Part shown: positions 48,869 through 60,754 of the stretch, piece after piece
Position numbering within the stretch: position 1 is the stretch's first letter
Layout of the letters: the number at the start of each line of letters is the position of its first letter
Assembly: GCA_963734545.1 (NCBI GenBank)
Contig: CAVTHO010000007.1
Coordinates: 768,001 to 832,000 of the forward strand
Origin: an uncultured Spirochaetota bacterium
GTDB taxonomy: Bacteria; Spirochaetota; Spirochaetia; SZUA-6; Fen-1364
DNA: 64,000 bases
Reading direction: 5' to 3'
Notes under the pieces: generated by a model
What the model saw: the letters and a program-made list of their open reading frames with translations, nothing else
The model's database searches: none
Told to the model about the DNA's origin: nothing
Translations under genes and position numbers: made by a program

Positions 48869-51800
48869 GCGCGCGGATGCCCTGGACGTAGGCGTCGGCG
48901 CCGGGCATCGTCGTCACCACCGGAATGCCGCGGCTGTTCGCCATCGCCCGGATGGGGATTTCGTCCTTGCGGGGGCCCTTGCCCGAAGGCGTGTTGAGGA
49001 TGAGCTGAATCCGGCCCTCGCGGATGCGATCCAGCAGATCAGGGGCGCCTTCGCTCACCCGCCTGACCACTTCGGCAGGAATGCCGTTGGTCTTCAGGAA
49101 CGCGGCAGTGCCCGCCGTGGACATAAGGGAGAAGCCGAGCTCGTGCAGCTGGTGGGCAATCGAAACGGCGAGCTGCGTCTTGTCGCTGTCTTTCACGCTG
49201 ATGAACACGGTGCCGGCAACGGGCACATCCTGGAGCGCCCCGAGCTGGCTCTTGCAGTAGGCCCGGCCGAAGTCCGTGTCGATTCCCATCACCTCCCCGT
49301 TGATTTCATCTCGGGCCCGAGGATGATGTCCACGCCGGGAAACTTGGCAAACGGCAGGACCGACTCCTTGACGCAGATGTGCTTCGGCGAGACCTCTTTC
49401 GTGAATCCGATCTCCTGCAGGGTCATCCCGGCCATGACCTTTGCCGCGATCTTGGCCAGGGGCACCCCGATGGCCTTGGAGACGAACGGCACGGTGCGCG
49501 AGGCCCGGGGATTCACCTCGATGATGTACAGCTCCTTGCCCTTCACCGCGTACTGGACGTTCATCAGGCCGACGACGTGCAGCTCCTGGGAAAGAAGGCG
49601 CGTATAGCGGCGGATCTCCTCCATCATCCAGTGCGGGAGCGTGTGGGCGGGAAGGACCATGGCCGCGTCTCCCGAATGGACCCCCGCCTCCTCGATGTGC
49701 TCCATGATGCCGCCGATGACCGACGTGTCGCCCGTCGGACACCATGTCCACGTCCACCTCGATGGCGTCCTCGATGAACCTGTCGATCAGCACGGGGCGT
49801 TCCGGCGAGGCCCAGACGGCGCGCTCCATGTAGTGGGTCAGGCTCGCGTCGTCGTAGACGATCTCCATGGCCCGCCCGCCCAGCACGTAGCTGGGCCGCA
49901 CGAGCACCGGATAGCCGATGCGGTGCGCAGCGGAGAGGGCCTCCGCCTCGTTCACCGCGATCCCGTTCTCCGGCTGGCGGAGCCCGAGCTTCCTCACCAG
50001 CTCAGCGAATCGCTTCCTGTCCTCCGCCCTGTCAATGGAGTCCGGGCTGGTGCCGATGATCGGCACCCCCGCCTTCTCCAGGCCGACAGCCAGCGTGAGA
50101 GGCGTCTGACCGCCGAGCTGCACGATCACCCCGTCAGGCTTTTCCCGGTCCACGATGGCCAGCACGTCCTCGCGCGTCAGCGGCTCGAAATAGAGCTTGT
50201 CGGAGGTGTCGTAGTCCGTGGAGACCGTCTCGGGATTCGAGTTCACCATGATGGTCTCACAACCGATTTCGCGCAGGGCGAACGCGGCGTGCACGCAGCA
50301 GTAGTCGAACTCGATTCCCTGCCCGATCCGGTTCGGCCCGCCGCCGAGGATCATGATCTTCCTGCGCGTGGAAGGGCGCGCCTCGTCCTCCGCGTCGTAG
50401 GTTGAATAGAAGTAGGGAGTGTACGCCTCGAACTCGGCCGCGCAGGTGTCCACCAGCTTGTAGGCAGGCGTGATGCCCTTGCGGGCCCGCAGGGCGCGCA
50501 CCCCTTCTTCGTCCATCCCGAGCCGGCCGGCGACCTGTATGTCGCTGAATCCCATCTGCTTGGCGCGGCGCAGGTTGGCTTCCGAGATGGTGGGCTCGAA
50601 ATCGACGATTTCCTTCATGTTGGAAAGGAACCAGGGATCGATGCGGGTCAGCTCGTGAAGCTTCTCCACCGACCATCCGCGGCACAAAGCCTCGTAGACG
50701 TAGAATGGTCTCTCCGCGATCCCGCCGGGTGAGCAGCTCCGCAAGACGTTCCTCCGTCTCTCCCGGAGCGCCGGTCAGGCCGGGGCGCTTGATCTCCAGC
50801 CCGCGGAGGCCCTTCTGGAAAGCCTCCTTGAACGTGCGGCCGATGGCCATCACCTCGCCCACCGACTTCATTTGAATGGTAAGCGTGGGATCGGCGGAAG
50901 GGAACTTCTCGAACGCGAAACGAGGGATCTTCACCACGCAGTAATCAATGGAAGGCTCGTAGGAAGCCGGTGTGCTCCGCGTAATGTCGTTGGGAATCTC
51001 GTCCAGCGTATATCCGACGGCGAGCTTGGCCGCAATCTTGGCGATGGGAAAACCGGTGGCCTTCGAGGCAAGGGCCGAGGAACGTGAAACACGCGGGTTC
51101 ATCTCTATGACCACCATCCTCCCGGTCTCCGGGTGAACGGCAAACTGGATGTTGGACCCGCCGGTCTCCACGCCGATCTCGCGGATACAGGCAATGGAGG
51201 CGTCGCGCATGCGTTGGTATTCCCTGTCAGTCAGGGTCTGGGCCGGGGCAACCGTGATCGAGTCACCCGTGTGCACACCCATGGGATCCAGGTTTTCGAT
51301 GGAGCAGACGACCACGACGTTATCCCGCCGGTCCCGCATCACCTCCAGCTCGAACTCCTTCCACCCCTCGATCGATTCCTCGATCAGGATCTCCGAGATC
51401 ATGCTCGCGTCCAGCCCGCGGCCGGCCATGTCTTCGAATCTTCCCGGGTCAGAGACGATTGCGCCGCCCGAGCCCCCGAGTGTGAACGAAGGACGGATGA
51501 TGAGGGGGAAGCCGATGGCCTCTGCAATGTCCTTCGCCTCGTTGAGGGAATGGGCAAGACCGCTGCGGGGCACCTCGAGTCCGATGCCCTCCATGGCTTC
51601 CTTGAAGAGCTTTCGGTCCTCCGCTTTCCGAATAGCTGCACGGTCTGCGCCGATCATGCGCACGCCGAACCTGTCCAGTATGCCCTTCTCCGCGAGCTGG
51701 ATGGCGATATTCAAGCCTGTCTGCCCGCCCAGGGTGGGCAGGAGCGCATCCGGCCTTTCCGCCTCGATGATCTTCTCCAGCATGGGCACCGTGATCGGCT

Positions 51801-51999
51801 CGATGTAGGTGGCGTCCGCCATTTCGGGGTCGGTCATGATGGTGGCGGGATTGGAGTTCACGAGGACGACCCGAAAACCCTCTTCTCGCAGCGCCTTGCA
51901 GGCCTGGGTGCCCGAGTAGTCGAACTCGCACGCCTGGCCGATCACGATCGGTCCCGTGCCTATGATGAGGATCGAGTGGATGTCCGTCCGTTTTGGCAC
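48816..51999 (-). CDS. carB: Carbamoyl-phosphate synthase large subunit, frameshifts ~50725, ~49735, ~49298
   Basis: [49 protein letters not shown] and MGS domain. Confidence 0.96.
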
Positions 52000-52003
52000 C
52001 GGC

Positions 52004-53134
52004 TCAATCCTTCCGTGTCGCCGCGGCCGACGGCTTTTCGTCCATCATTTGCGTGAACCGGGAAAACAGGTACCGCGACTCGTGTGGACCCGGGCTCGCC
52101 TCGGGGTGATACTGGACGCTGAAAAAAGACATCGCACGGTTCTCCAGTCCTTCCGCCGTGCCGTCGTACAGATTCACGTGGGTCATGCGGGTCCCCGCGT
52201 GCGCAAGAGAATCCATGTCCACGTTGAATCCATGATTCTGGGAGGTGATGGCGATCCGACCGGTTGACAGGTCCTTCACCGGATGGTTGGCCCCGTGGTG
52301 GCCGAACTTCAGCTTGAAGGTGCGTCCGCCAAGGGCGAGTCCCAGAATCTGCTGCCCCAGGCAGATGCCGAAAATGGGAAGCTTGCCGAGCAGGTCACGC
52401 GCCGTCTCGATGGCGTAGGAGACCGGCTCGGGATCGCCGGGCCCGTTGGAAAGCACGAGCCCGTCCGCGCCCAGCTCGAGAATCCCCCGGGCGCCGGTGT
52501 CGGCAGGCACGACTGTTACCCTGCTGCCCTCGGTGACCAGATGCCTGAGGATATTTCGCTTGACCCCGCAGTCCAGCACCACCACGTGCCGGAGAGGCTT
52601 CGGCACAAGGGCACCGGGCAGGCCCTCCGTCCATTCATAGGCCGAGGGGCATGTCACTTCCTTCACCAGATCGATCCCGACGATGCGGGGAGCCGCGGCG
52701 AGCTTCTTTTCGAGAGATTTTCCGTCCAGGTCGGCGCTGGAGATGATGCCGTGCCTGGCGCCTTCGATCCTCAAGTGACGTGTCAGCGCCCGGGTGTCGA
52801 TGCCCTGGATGCCCACAACGCCCTGAGCGGCAAGCCAGGAATCAAGGTCCTCGGTGGACCGCCAGTTGGACCTGCGCTTGCTTGCCTCCCGGACCACGAA
52901 TCCCGACAACCAGGTGCCTCGGGACTCGTTGTCGCCCGGCACGATGCCATAGTTCCCGATCAGGGGATAAGTCATGGTGACGATCTGGCCGCGATAGGAG
53001 GGATCGGTGAGAACTTCCTGGTAACCCGTGATCGACGTGTTGAAAACGACTTCCCCGCACGCCTCGCCCCGCGCGCCGAGCGCTTCCCCTTCGAAAATCA
53101 GCCCGTCTTCAAGCAGCAGTACAGCTCTTTCCAC
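52004..53134 (-). CDS. carA: Carbamoyl-phosphate synthase small subunit
   Basis: [21 protein letters not shown] and [10 protein letters not shown]. Confidence 0.97.
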   Translation of the reverse strand: MERAVLLLEDGLIFEGEALGARGEACGEVVFNTSITGYQEVLTDPSYRGQIVTMTYPLIGNYGIVPGDNESRGTWLSGFVVREASKRRSNWRSTEDLDSWLAAQGVVGIQGIDTRALTRHLRIEGARHGIISSADLDGKSLEKKLAAAPRIVGIDLVKEVTCPSAYEWTEGLPGALVPKPLRHVVVLDCGVKRNILRHLVTEGSRVTVVPADTGARGILELGADGLVLSNGPGDPEPVSYAIETARDLLGKLPIFGICLGQQILGLALGGRTFKLKFGHHGANHPVKDLSTGRIAITSQNHGFNVDMDSLAHAGTRMTHVNLYDGTAEGLENRAMSFFSVQYHPEASPGPHESRYLFSRFTQMMDEKPSAAATRKD

Positions 53135-53149
53135 GTCTCTCCGTATTTT

Positions 53150-53167
53150 CCTGCATACTTATGCAAT
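53150..53167. promoter_or_regulatory. ARG box (ArgR/AhrC operator) upstream of carAB
   Basis: TGCAT-ACTT-ATGCA palindrome at 53152-53165, downstream of a minus-strand TTGACA at 53203-53208. Confidence 0.7.
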
Positions 53168-53305
53168 TCAAGTTGCCCCAAGTTATCGACGCCGTCCCCC
53201 TCTGTCAAGGCAGCCACTGTACTCAGTGGCATTCACTAGCAGCCACGGTAATCCGCGGCATTCCCCAGTCGACACCGTCCGGTATAGAGTACGCGCGAAG
53301 CTGTC

Positions 53306-53734
53306 ATGAACACTCAGGTTTCCGTGGACGCACATCCCCGCTATCTCATTGCCACCGATGCAGCCTCGTTCGCCATTGGCGCGGTCCTCCTCCTGCTCGT
53401 CTCCCGGATCCGGTCGCTTCTTTCACCGCTCGCCGCGGCCATTCTCATCATCTGCCTGGCCGTCGGGTTCGGTCTCGACATCCTGGTCTGGTTCCTGAGG
53501 GGCATCCGATCGATCGAGCTCGACGATGAGTCCCTTACTCTCTACCGGGGCCCGTCACTGGAAAAACAGCGCATCGACCGCAGCATGATATCCGCCGTCA
53601 GCATCCGCAGCCGCCTGGGCAGACGGGGCGCGGTGCTCCTGTTCGGCCCGAAGCGCAGGCTGCGGATTGCGGAAGACGCCTTTCCGAACGAAGCATTCGC
53701 GCGATTTCTCTCCGCACTTGCCGGCTGGCTCTGA
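53306..53734 (+). CDS. Small membrane protein (2 TM + soluble domain)
   Basis: Two hydrophobic helices followed by a beta-rich domain. Confidence 0.7.
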   Translation: MNTQVSVDAHPRYLIATDAASFAIGAVLLLLVSRIRSLLSPLAAAILIICLAVGFGLDILVWFLRGIRSIELDDESLTLYRGPSLEKQRIDRSMISAVSIRSRLGRRGAVLLFGPKRRLRIAEDAFPNEAFARFLSALAGWL

Positions 53735-53815
53735 TGCTCCGCAAATAATCCGGCATTTCTGTCGACACTCCCAATGCACGGGTATATACTCGCCGAAAAA
53801 GACGGGAGGGGTGCG

Positions 53816-55075
53816 ATGCCGTACGTCAGCCAGCTCATCGGAAAGCCCGTCACGGACCTCGACGGAACCCGTGTGGGGAGCATCCGGGACATCATTGCGA
53901 GCGTCAAGGGCGGCATGCACCATCCGGAAGTCGTGGCCCTCGAGGTGCGGGCGGGAAGGCGGTCCCTCCTCGTGCCGTTTTCCGAGGTGGCGGTGCTGGT
54001 GGCCCCTGCCGTGCCCCTCGTCCATAACCTTGCTTCGATCAAGCCGTACGTGCCCTCTGAGAACGATCTTTTCCTCATGCGCGATATCCTCGACCAGCAG
54101 ATCATCGACGTGAACGACGTGCGGGTGGTCCGGGTCAACGATATAGAGCTGGCCCGGGTGAACGAGGCATTCTACGTGGCCAACGTCGATGCGGGCCGCA
54201 CCGGTCTGCTCCGCAGGCTCGGTCTCCTGCGTTTTTTTCCCGGCCGGGGACAGAAGGGGCCCGGCGGCAAAGCCCCTGCCGGTTTCATCCCGTGGGATGT
54301 CGTGGAGCCCATATCCAAAAACAGGAAGCTTCGGCTGAAGGTGCCCGGAGACAAGATTTCCGAGCTGCATCCGGCGGACCTGGCGGAGCTGATCAGCGAT
54401 CTGAACAGGGTGGACGGAAGCAAGCTGCTGGAATCCCTCGATCCCAAGACCGCGGCGGAGACCCTCGAGGAGGTCGAGCCCGACTTCCAGGCAAGCCTGG
54501 TCAAGGGCATGCCTGATCAGCGGGTCGCTGACGTGCTGGAGGAGATGGCGCCGGACGAGGCCGCGGACCTCCTGGCCGAGCTGCCCCAGGAGCGCAGCAA
54601 GTCGCTCCTGCGCATGATGGAGAAAGAGGAAGCGGCCGATGTCAGGAAGCTCCTTACCTACCCGGATGATACGGCCGGCGGGATCATGACCACCGAATAT
54701 ACGACTGTTTCGGCCGCTCGGACCGCGGCGCAGGCCATGAAGGCCATACGCCAGGCAGCCTCGGAGGCGGAGACAATTTTCTACGTATATGTGACCGACC
54801 GGAAGGGCCACCTGGATGGGGTGTTCTCCCTCAAGGAGCTCGTTCTTGCCGAGCCAAAGACCGCGGTCTCCGCGTTCATGCACTCACGCGTGATGAGCGT
54901 CAATCTTCGGGATTCCCAGGACCTGGTGGCCCAGGTAGTGAGCAAGTACAACCTGCTTGCCGTCCCTGTCGTGGATGATGAAGGGAGGCTGCAGGGCATC
55001 GTGACGGCCGACGATGCGCTGGACAAGATCATCCCGACCGCGTGGAAGAAACGCCTCCCGCGCCTGTACCACTGA
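53816..55075 (+). CDS. PRC-barrel + MgtE N-terminal + CBS-pair protein (no TM domain)
   Basis: LHPADLAELI, YPDDTAGGIMTTEY, YVYVTD, KYNLLAVPVVD and GIVTADD. Confidence 0.9.
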   Translation: MPYVSQLIGKPVTDLDGTRVGSIRDIIASVKGGMHHPEVVALEVRAGRRSLLVPFSEVAVLVAPAVPLVHNLASIKPYVPSENDLFLMRDILDQQIIDVNDVRVVRVNDIELARVNEAFYVANVDAGRTGLLRRLGLLRFFPGRGQKGPGGKAPAGFIPWDVVEPISKNRKLRLKVPGDKISELHPADLAELISDLNRVDGSKLLESLDPKTAAETLEEVEPDFQASLVKGMPDQRVADVLEEMAPDEAADLLAELPQERSKSLLRMMEKEEAADVRKLLTYPDDTAGGIMTTEYTTVSAARTAAQAMKAIRQAASEAETIFYVYVTDRKGHLDGVFSLKELVLAEPKTAVSAFMHSRVMSVNLRDSQDLVAQVVSKYNLLAVPVVDDEGRLQGIVTADDALDKIIPTAWKKRLPRLYH

Positions 55076-55087
55076 TGCCTGTCTGAC

Positions 55088-56335
55088 ATGAAGTACAGGC
55101 GTCGATTCCGGCCGCTTGCGACACGCCTCGCTCTCCTTTTTTCCGTCCTGGGACCCGGAATAATCACGGCGAACGTGGACAACGACGCGGGGGGGATCAC
55201 CACCTATTCGGTGGCCGGCGCCCACTATGGGTACACGACCTTGTGGATCATGCCGCTGCTCGCCGTCGCGCTCATCATGGTGCAGGAAATGAGCGCCCGG
55301 CTCGGCGTCGTGACGGGCAAGGGCCTGGCGGACCTGATCCGCGAACGCCTGGGAGTGCGAGTCACGGCCCTGGCAGTGGCGGTTCTGCTCCTCGCCAACC
55401 TGGCAAACACGGTGAGCGAGTTCGCGGGCGTGGCAGCCAGTATGGAAATCTTCGGTGTGGGCAAGTATCTCTCGGTTCCGATTGCCGCGGCGCTGGTATG
55501 GCTATTGATCGTCAGAGGCAACTATCGTGTCGTGGAGCGCATATTCCTTGCGGCCAGCGCGATCTACCTTGCCTATGTGGCGGCGGGGATCCTGGAGCGG
55601 CCGAACTGGGCACTGATCGGGGGATCGCTCGTAACGCCCCAGTTCGCATGGGACAAGGGCTACATCGGCATCCTCATCACCATCATCGGCACCACGATTG
55701 CCCCGTGGATGCAGTTCTATCAACAGTCCGCGATTGCCGACAAGGGTTTGAAGCCGTCCGACTACGCCTACGAGCGTCTCGACGTGGTCCTCGGCTCACT
55801 GTTTGCCATCGGTGTGGCCGTCTTCATCACCCTTTCCTGCGCCGCGACGCTCCACGCGGCAGGCGTGCGCATCGAGACCGCGCAGGACGCGGCGCTCGCC
55901 CTTCGCTCCCTTGCCGGTCGATACGCCTCGACCTTGTTCGCCGTCGGCCTTCTGAACGCATCCCTGTTCTCCGCCGCCATCCTGCCGCTTTCGACGGCGT
56001 ACGTCGTGTGCGAGGCGTTCGGCTGGGAGCTGGGGGTGAGCAGGAAGATCCGCGAGGCGCCCGTCTTCTTCGGAATCTACACCGCGTTCATCGTGATCGG
56101 AGCCGGCATCATCCTCCTGCCCGTCCGCTCGCTGGTGCAGGCGATGATCGTCAGCCAGACGCTGAATGGCGTCCTGCTCCCGTTCATCCTGGTGATCATG
56201 CTCATACTGGTGAATGACAAGGGGCTGCTCGGAGAAAAGTTCGTCAATCGCAGGGTCATGAACGCCGTCTCGATCGTGGTGATCGCGGCGATCATCCTGC
56301 TCACCCTGCTGCTGGTGATCACCTCGATCATATAA
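55088..56335 (+). CDS. Nramp-related divalent cation (probably Mg2+) transporter
   Basis: GPGIITANVDNDAGGITTYS, QEMSARLG.VTGKGL and GTTIAPW. Confidence 0.9.
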   Translation: MKYRRRFRPLATRLALLFSVLGPGIITANVDNDAGGITTYSVAGAHYGYTTLWIMPLLAVALIMVQEMSARLGVVTGKGLADLIRERLGVRVTALAVAVLLLANLANTVSEFAGVAASMEIFGVGKYLSVPIAAALVWLLIVRGNYRVVERIFLAASAIYLAYVAAGILERPNWALIGGSLVTPQFAWDKGYIGILITIIGTTIAPWMQFYQQSAIADKGLKPSDYAYERLDVVLGSLFAIGVAVFITLSCAATLHAAGVRIETAQDAALALRSLAGRYASTLFAVGLLNASLFSAAILPLSTAYVVCEAFGWELGVSRKIREAPVFFGIYTAFIVIGAGIILLPVRSLVQAMIVSQTLNGVLLPFILVIMLILVNDKGLLGEKFVNRRVMNAVSIVVIAAIILLTLLLVITSII

Positions 56336-56432
56336 AGTGCGCCCGAAGGGCGCTATCCGCGCGCGAGGTTGACGGCAAAAGGCGTGTCATGACAGTGAAA
56401 GACGGCAGGGGCGCGCCCGAAGAGCGGTGCTC

Positions 56433-57020
56433 CTAGATCGACACGGCCAGCCGCTTTCCTTCCTCGAAGGCGCCCACGTTCATGTCCTTGAACCTGGGTT
56501 TCACGCACTGGGAGATTGCCTCTTCCCAGCACTCCGTGGGGAGATCGAGCGCCGCGGACATGGCGCCCAGGAGTATCACGTTGGCCACCCGGGTGTCGCA
56601 GAGCCTTTCTGCAATGCCGACCGCATCGATATAGGCGAGGCGGCGGAAGGTCTTTCGGAGCCTGTCTTCCGCGTCGGCCGGGTACTTCGCCTGGCCTGAA
56701 GAGACAGTGACGGGAATGATCGCCTGGCTGGATACCACGGCGATTCCGTCGGATGCGAGAAAGCTCGCGAATCGAAGCGCCTCGATCCGTTCCAGGGAGG
56801 CGAGCACGTCCGCCGTTCCCTCCGGCACCAGCGGGCTGTAGACCTTTTCTCCGAATCTGATCTGTGCGACCACGGAGCCGCCTCTCTGGGCCATACCGTG
56901 CACTTCATTGGTCTTCACGTCGAATCCCATGATGAGGGCGGCGCGGGCCGCGATCTGGGTGGCAAGGAGAATGCCCTGCCCGCCGACGCCGACCATCACG
57001 ATGCTCGTGGTCTTACTCAT
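56433..57020 (-). CDS. iorB: Indolepyruvate:ferredoxin oxidoreductase beta subunit
   Basis: GVGGQGIL and EVHGMAQRGGSV. Confidence 0.93.
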   Translation of the reverse strand: MSKTTSIVMVGVGGQGILLATQIAARAALIMGFDVKTNEVHGMAQRGGSVVAQIRFGEKVYSPLVPEGTADVLASLERIEALRFASFLASDGIAVVSSQAIIPVTVSSGQAKYPADAEDRLRKTFRRLAYIDAVGIAERLCDTRVANVILLGAMSAALDLPTECWEEAISQCVKPRFKDMNVGAFEEGKRLAVSI

Positions 57021-58813
57021 GGCACGCCCCTGCGGCGGCAATCGCGATTGCCCCTTCCTTGCAGACCTGCTCGCACAGAGTGCATCCGCCGCACAGGAGC
57101 TCGTTCACGCGGATTTCATCGTTCACCCATTCGATTGCAGGGCACCCAAGCCGCAGGCATGCCTTGCACTTCTTGCACAACTCCTGGTCCACGCGGCGCG
57201 CTCCCCCCACGGATTTCTTTGTGTACAGGGGGCACGGAGAACGTGCGACGATAAGCCAGGGCTCGTCGGATTCCAGCGCCGTGCGGATGGTTTCCGTGGT
57301 CGGCGCCAGGTCGTACGGGTCCACGGTCGCGATGTTCTTGATCCCGCAGGCCCTGCCGAAATCCTCCACGGTGGCCGTGACGGTGTCTTCCCCCAGGAGC
57401 GTGCGCCCCGTGCCCGGGTGCTCCTGATGGCCGGTCATGGCGGTGATGCGGTTGTCCACCACGATAATCGTCGACGCCCCCTTGTTGTAGGCGATGTCGA
57501 GAAGCCCCGTGATGCCCGAGTGAAAGAAGGTGGAATCCCCCACGATGCCGACGACGCGCGGAAGGACGCGCGATTTGTCCGCCCGCTTCTCGTCCGCTTT
57601 CTGCATGCCGTGCGCCATGGAGATCCCACCGCCCATGCAGAGGATCGTGTCGATGCGCTTCAGCGGCGGAAACACGCCCAGCGAATAGCAGCCGATGTCC
57701 CCGGTGACCACCACGTCGAATTTGCCCAGCGCGGAGAAGATGCCCCGATGGGGGCACGCAGGGCAGAGAACGGGCGGCCGGGCAGGAAGGTCCGCATCGA
57801 TCTTGAAGGACGCTTTGGGCGCGCTTTTTCCCAGGGCTGCCGCGAGTCGGTCCGAGGAGAGCTCGCCGATTCCCGGAACCAGGCTCCTTCCCTCGCAGGC
57901 AATCCCGAGGGAACGCACGTGCTCCTCCAGGATGGGATCCAGCTCCTCGACGATGATCAGTCTCCGCACGCCCGCGGCAAACGTCGTGATCAGCTCGTCG
58001 GGGAAAGGCCAGACCCATCCGATCTTCAGCACCGATGCCTCAGGAGCAAGCTCCCGCACGTATTGATAGGCGATGCCTTCGGCGATGATCCCCAGGGAAC
58101 GATCCCCCCACTCGATCCTGTTTGCCGCAGAAGTGTTTGCCGCCGCGGCCAGCGCGGCGAGTCGTTCTTCCAGCCGCGCCCGCATCGGGCGGCCGTACAA
58201 CGGGATGGGTACGAATCGCTGAGGGTTCTTCTGGAATCCCTGCAGAGGAGCTGTCTGCCTGCGCTCACCCAGGGTGACCGCCCCGCTGGAATGGCTGACC
58301 CGGGTGGTGGACCGCAGAAGGACGGGAGTGGTGTGTGTCTCTGAAATCTCCAGGGCGAGCGCGAGAAAATCCTTGGCCTCCTGGGAATCCGAAGGCTCGA
58401 GGATGGGGACCTTTGCCGAACCGCGCGTAGTGCCGCGTGTCCTGCTCATTCTGTGAAGAGTGCATCCCCGGGTCGTCGGCCACGCAGACGGCAAGCCCGC
58501 CGACCGTGCCGATATAGGCCAGGGTCATCAGTGGATCCGCAGCCACGTTCAGCCCCACGTGCTTCATGGTGACGATGGCCCGGGCGCCGGTGAGGCACGC
58601 GCCCGCCGCCACTTCCAGGGCAACCTTCTCGTTCGGAGACCACTCGCAGTAGATGTCCGCCCCGTAAGCACGGGCGGATTCGAGGATTTCGGTGGAAGGA
58701 GTGCCCGGATAGCCCGTGGCGACCGTGACGCCCGCTTCCCAGGCGCCGCGCGCGATGGCCTCATTGCCGGAGAGCAGGGCGCGGGAGGGTTTGGTGTGGC
58801 TCATGACAGCCAC
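57013..58813 (-). CDS. iorA: Indolepyruvate:ferredoxin oxidoreductase alpha subunit, frameshift ~58410
   Basis: GNEAIARG, GYPGTPSTE, NEKVA, CPACPHR, GDIGCY, GDSTFFHSG and two C-terminal Fe-S Cys clusters. Confidence 0.94.
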
Positions 58814-58851
58814 TTTTCTACTCCCCGGGGACTCCTGCTGTCAACGCCGCG

Positions 58852-59149
58852 CTACGCGCAGGACCAGTCGATGTATTCCCGGGAAAGGGAGGAGAGGGAG
58901 TCGAGGTGGGAATACAAGGGATATTCGAGCCTGACCTTGTACTCCATCATTGACTGTTCGTACGCGTTGCGTCCGCTCAGGCAGTCGTCCACGAAGGAGC
59001 GCATCTCGATCAGCTTGCGCGACAGGGAGCGCATAGCGTATTCGCGCTCGATCCGCGCGCGCGGGTCCGCCGCCCTGGATCTTCGCGATCTTGTCGATGA
59101 TCGACTTGAGCTCTGATTCGTCGCATTTCATGCGCGTCTTCCAGTCCAT
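58852..59149 (-). CDS. Small helical hypothetical protein, probable frameshift ~59060
   Basis: MDWKTRMKCDESELKSIIDKIAKIQ joins RIEREYAMRSLSRKLIEMRSF... in the adjacent frame. Confidence 0.5.
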
Positions 59150-59295
59150 GGCTTCATGCCTCTCGGGAGTTCCCCTCATGGTGATTATCGGTAGGACGGG
59201 TCTTAATCCTGAAGATCCCCGTCCGGGTTGCTACACTCAAAGGAGGGAATCTGGTATATTGCAGACTTCCACATTCTACGTGCAAGGGAGTGAAC

Positions 59296-59776
59296 ATGAA
59301 GAAGATCCTCGTTGTCGTTTTCGCCATCATGCTGCTCGCGTCCACCTCGGGGGCCTTTGCCGCCAGGGGGACTGGATGGGCCGTCGGTGGCGAGGGCTCG
59401 CTGTACCTCGCAGGGAACGGCGGTCTGCCCGACCAGTGCGATGTTCCTGTTGCACATCCCCAAGATCCCGCTGATGTTCGGCGTCGGAATAAACAGCCCG
59501 TTCTCGATCGGACTCACGGCGGATTACTGGTTCGCGCACGGCAACCTCGTGAGCTTCCTGGACTATTACGTCGGACTCGGGGCCTATGCCCAGATATTCA
59601 CGGATCCCTCCAACGTCGAACTCGGAGGCAGGGTCCCGTTCGGTCTGCAGGTCTGGCCGGTCGGGCAGACCCTCGAAGTCTTCCTCGAGATAGCCCCCGC
59701 TTTCGGGGTCTCGGTGTCGCCCACGCAGTTCGCGTGGCATCTCCAGGGGGCTGTCGGCCTCAGGTTCTGGTTCTAA
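59296..59776 (+). CDS. Spirochete outer-membrane beta-barrel (DUF3996-like), frameshift ~59430
   Basis: Signal peptide; ADYW, YVGLG, GRVPFGL and EVFLEIAP; terminal GLRFWF aromatic motif. Confidence 0.78.
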
Positions 59777-59836
59777 GAACATGCGGGGGCCTCTCAGAGG
59801 CCCCCGTGCCATATCCACGAGCCGCCGGGCAATGCC

Positions 59837-60754
59837 GTGAAGGTCGGAATCCTCGAGTTCCGCGACAACGATTTTATTCGCAGCGTGGTTGCGGGCCTGG
59901 GCGAGGTTCAGACCGAATTCATACGCGCCGGCCAGGTTCCCCACCCTTCTCCGTCACCCTTTCGCGTCATTGTGGACAGGGTGAGCTTCTCCGATCCGTT
60001 CCTGCGGCAGCTCGTGCGCTACTGGTCGCTCGGCGGCGCCTACGTGCTGAACAACCCTTTTTTCACGCAGATCTTCGACAAGCTCTCCGAGCTGCTCGTC
60101 TACGACAGGCTGTCCATCCGGCACGCCCGCACGGTGCTTCTCCCGAGAGTGAACCGGATCGAGAACGTGACGGAAATCGTCACGCAGCCGGACTGGGGCG
60201 CGCTCGAGGGGCAGGTCGGCTTCCCCTGCATCCTCAAACCGGTGGACGGATATGCCTGGCAGGATGTGTTCAGAGTCGAAAACCCGACCGCGCTGCGCAG
60301 CCTGTACGAAAGCTTCAAGGACACACGCACTCTCATCGTGCAGGAGCTGGTGAGGTATGAGTCGTACTACCGCGCCTTTTGCGTGGGGACCAGGGACGTG
60401 TACCTCGTGAAGTGGACCCCGCAGCCTTTTGACATGGGGGAGTACGCAGTACCGGGTCCGGACGCGCAGAACGGACTGAGGGAGATCATCACCGAGAAGA
60501 CCGTGGCATTGAACGCGGCGCTCGGGCTGGACTTCAACACGGTGGAGTGGTGCGTGACGCCGGAAGGGACACCGGTCGTCATCGATTCCTACAATGACGT
60601 GCCGGATGTGCGTCGGGAAAAGCTGCCGCCCGCCTGCTACGACTGGGTGGTGGATCGTTTCTGCGCCTGCATACGCTCGAAGCTGGCGTCCGGAGAACGG
60701 AACTCTATGGGAGGCTACCTCTCCGGTTCAGATACCGGCACGCTTCCTGGCTGA
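59837..60754 (+). CDS. RimK-like ATP-grasp protein
   Basis: VIVDRVS, VLNNPF...DK, FPCILKPVDG, IVQE and LGLDFNTVEW. Confidence 0.8.
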   Translation: MKVGILEFRDNDFIRSVVAGLGEVQTEFIRAGQVPHPSPSPFRVIVDRVSFSDPFLRQLVRYWSLGGAYVLNNPFFTQIFDKLSELLVYDRLSIRHARTVLLPRVNRIENVTEIVTQPDWGALEGQVGFPCILKPVDGYAWQDVFRVENPTALRSLYESFKDTRTLIVQELVRYESYYRAFCVGTRDVYLVKWTPQPFDMGEYAVPGPDAQNGLREIITEKTVALNAALGLDFNTVEWCVTPEGTPVVIDSYNDVPDVRREKLPPACYDWVVDRFCACIRSKLASGERNSMGGYLSGSDTGTLPG

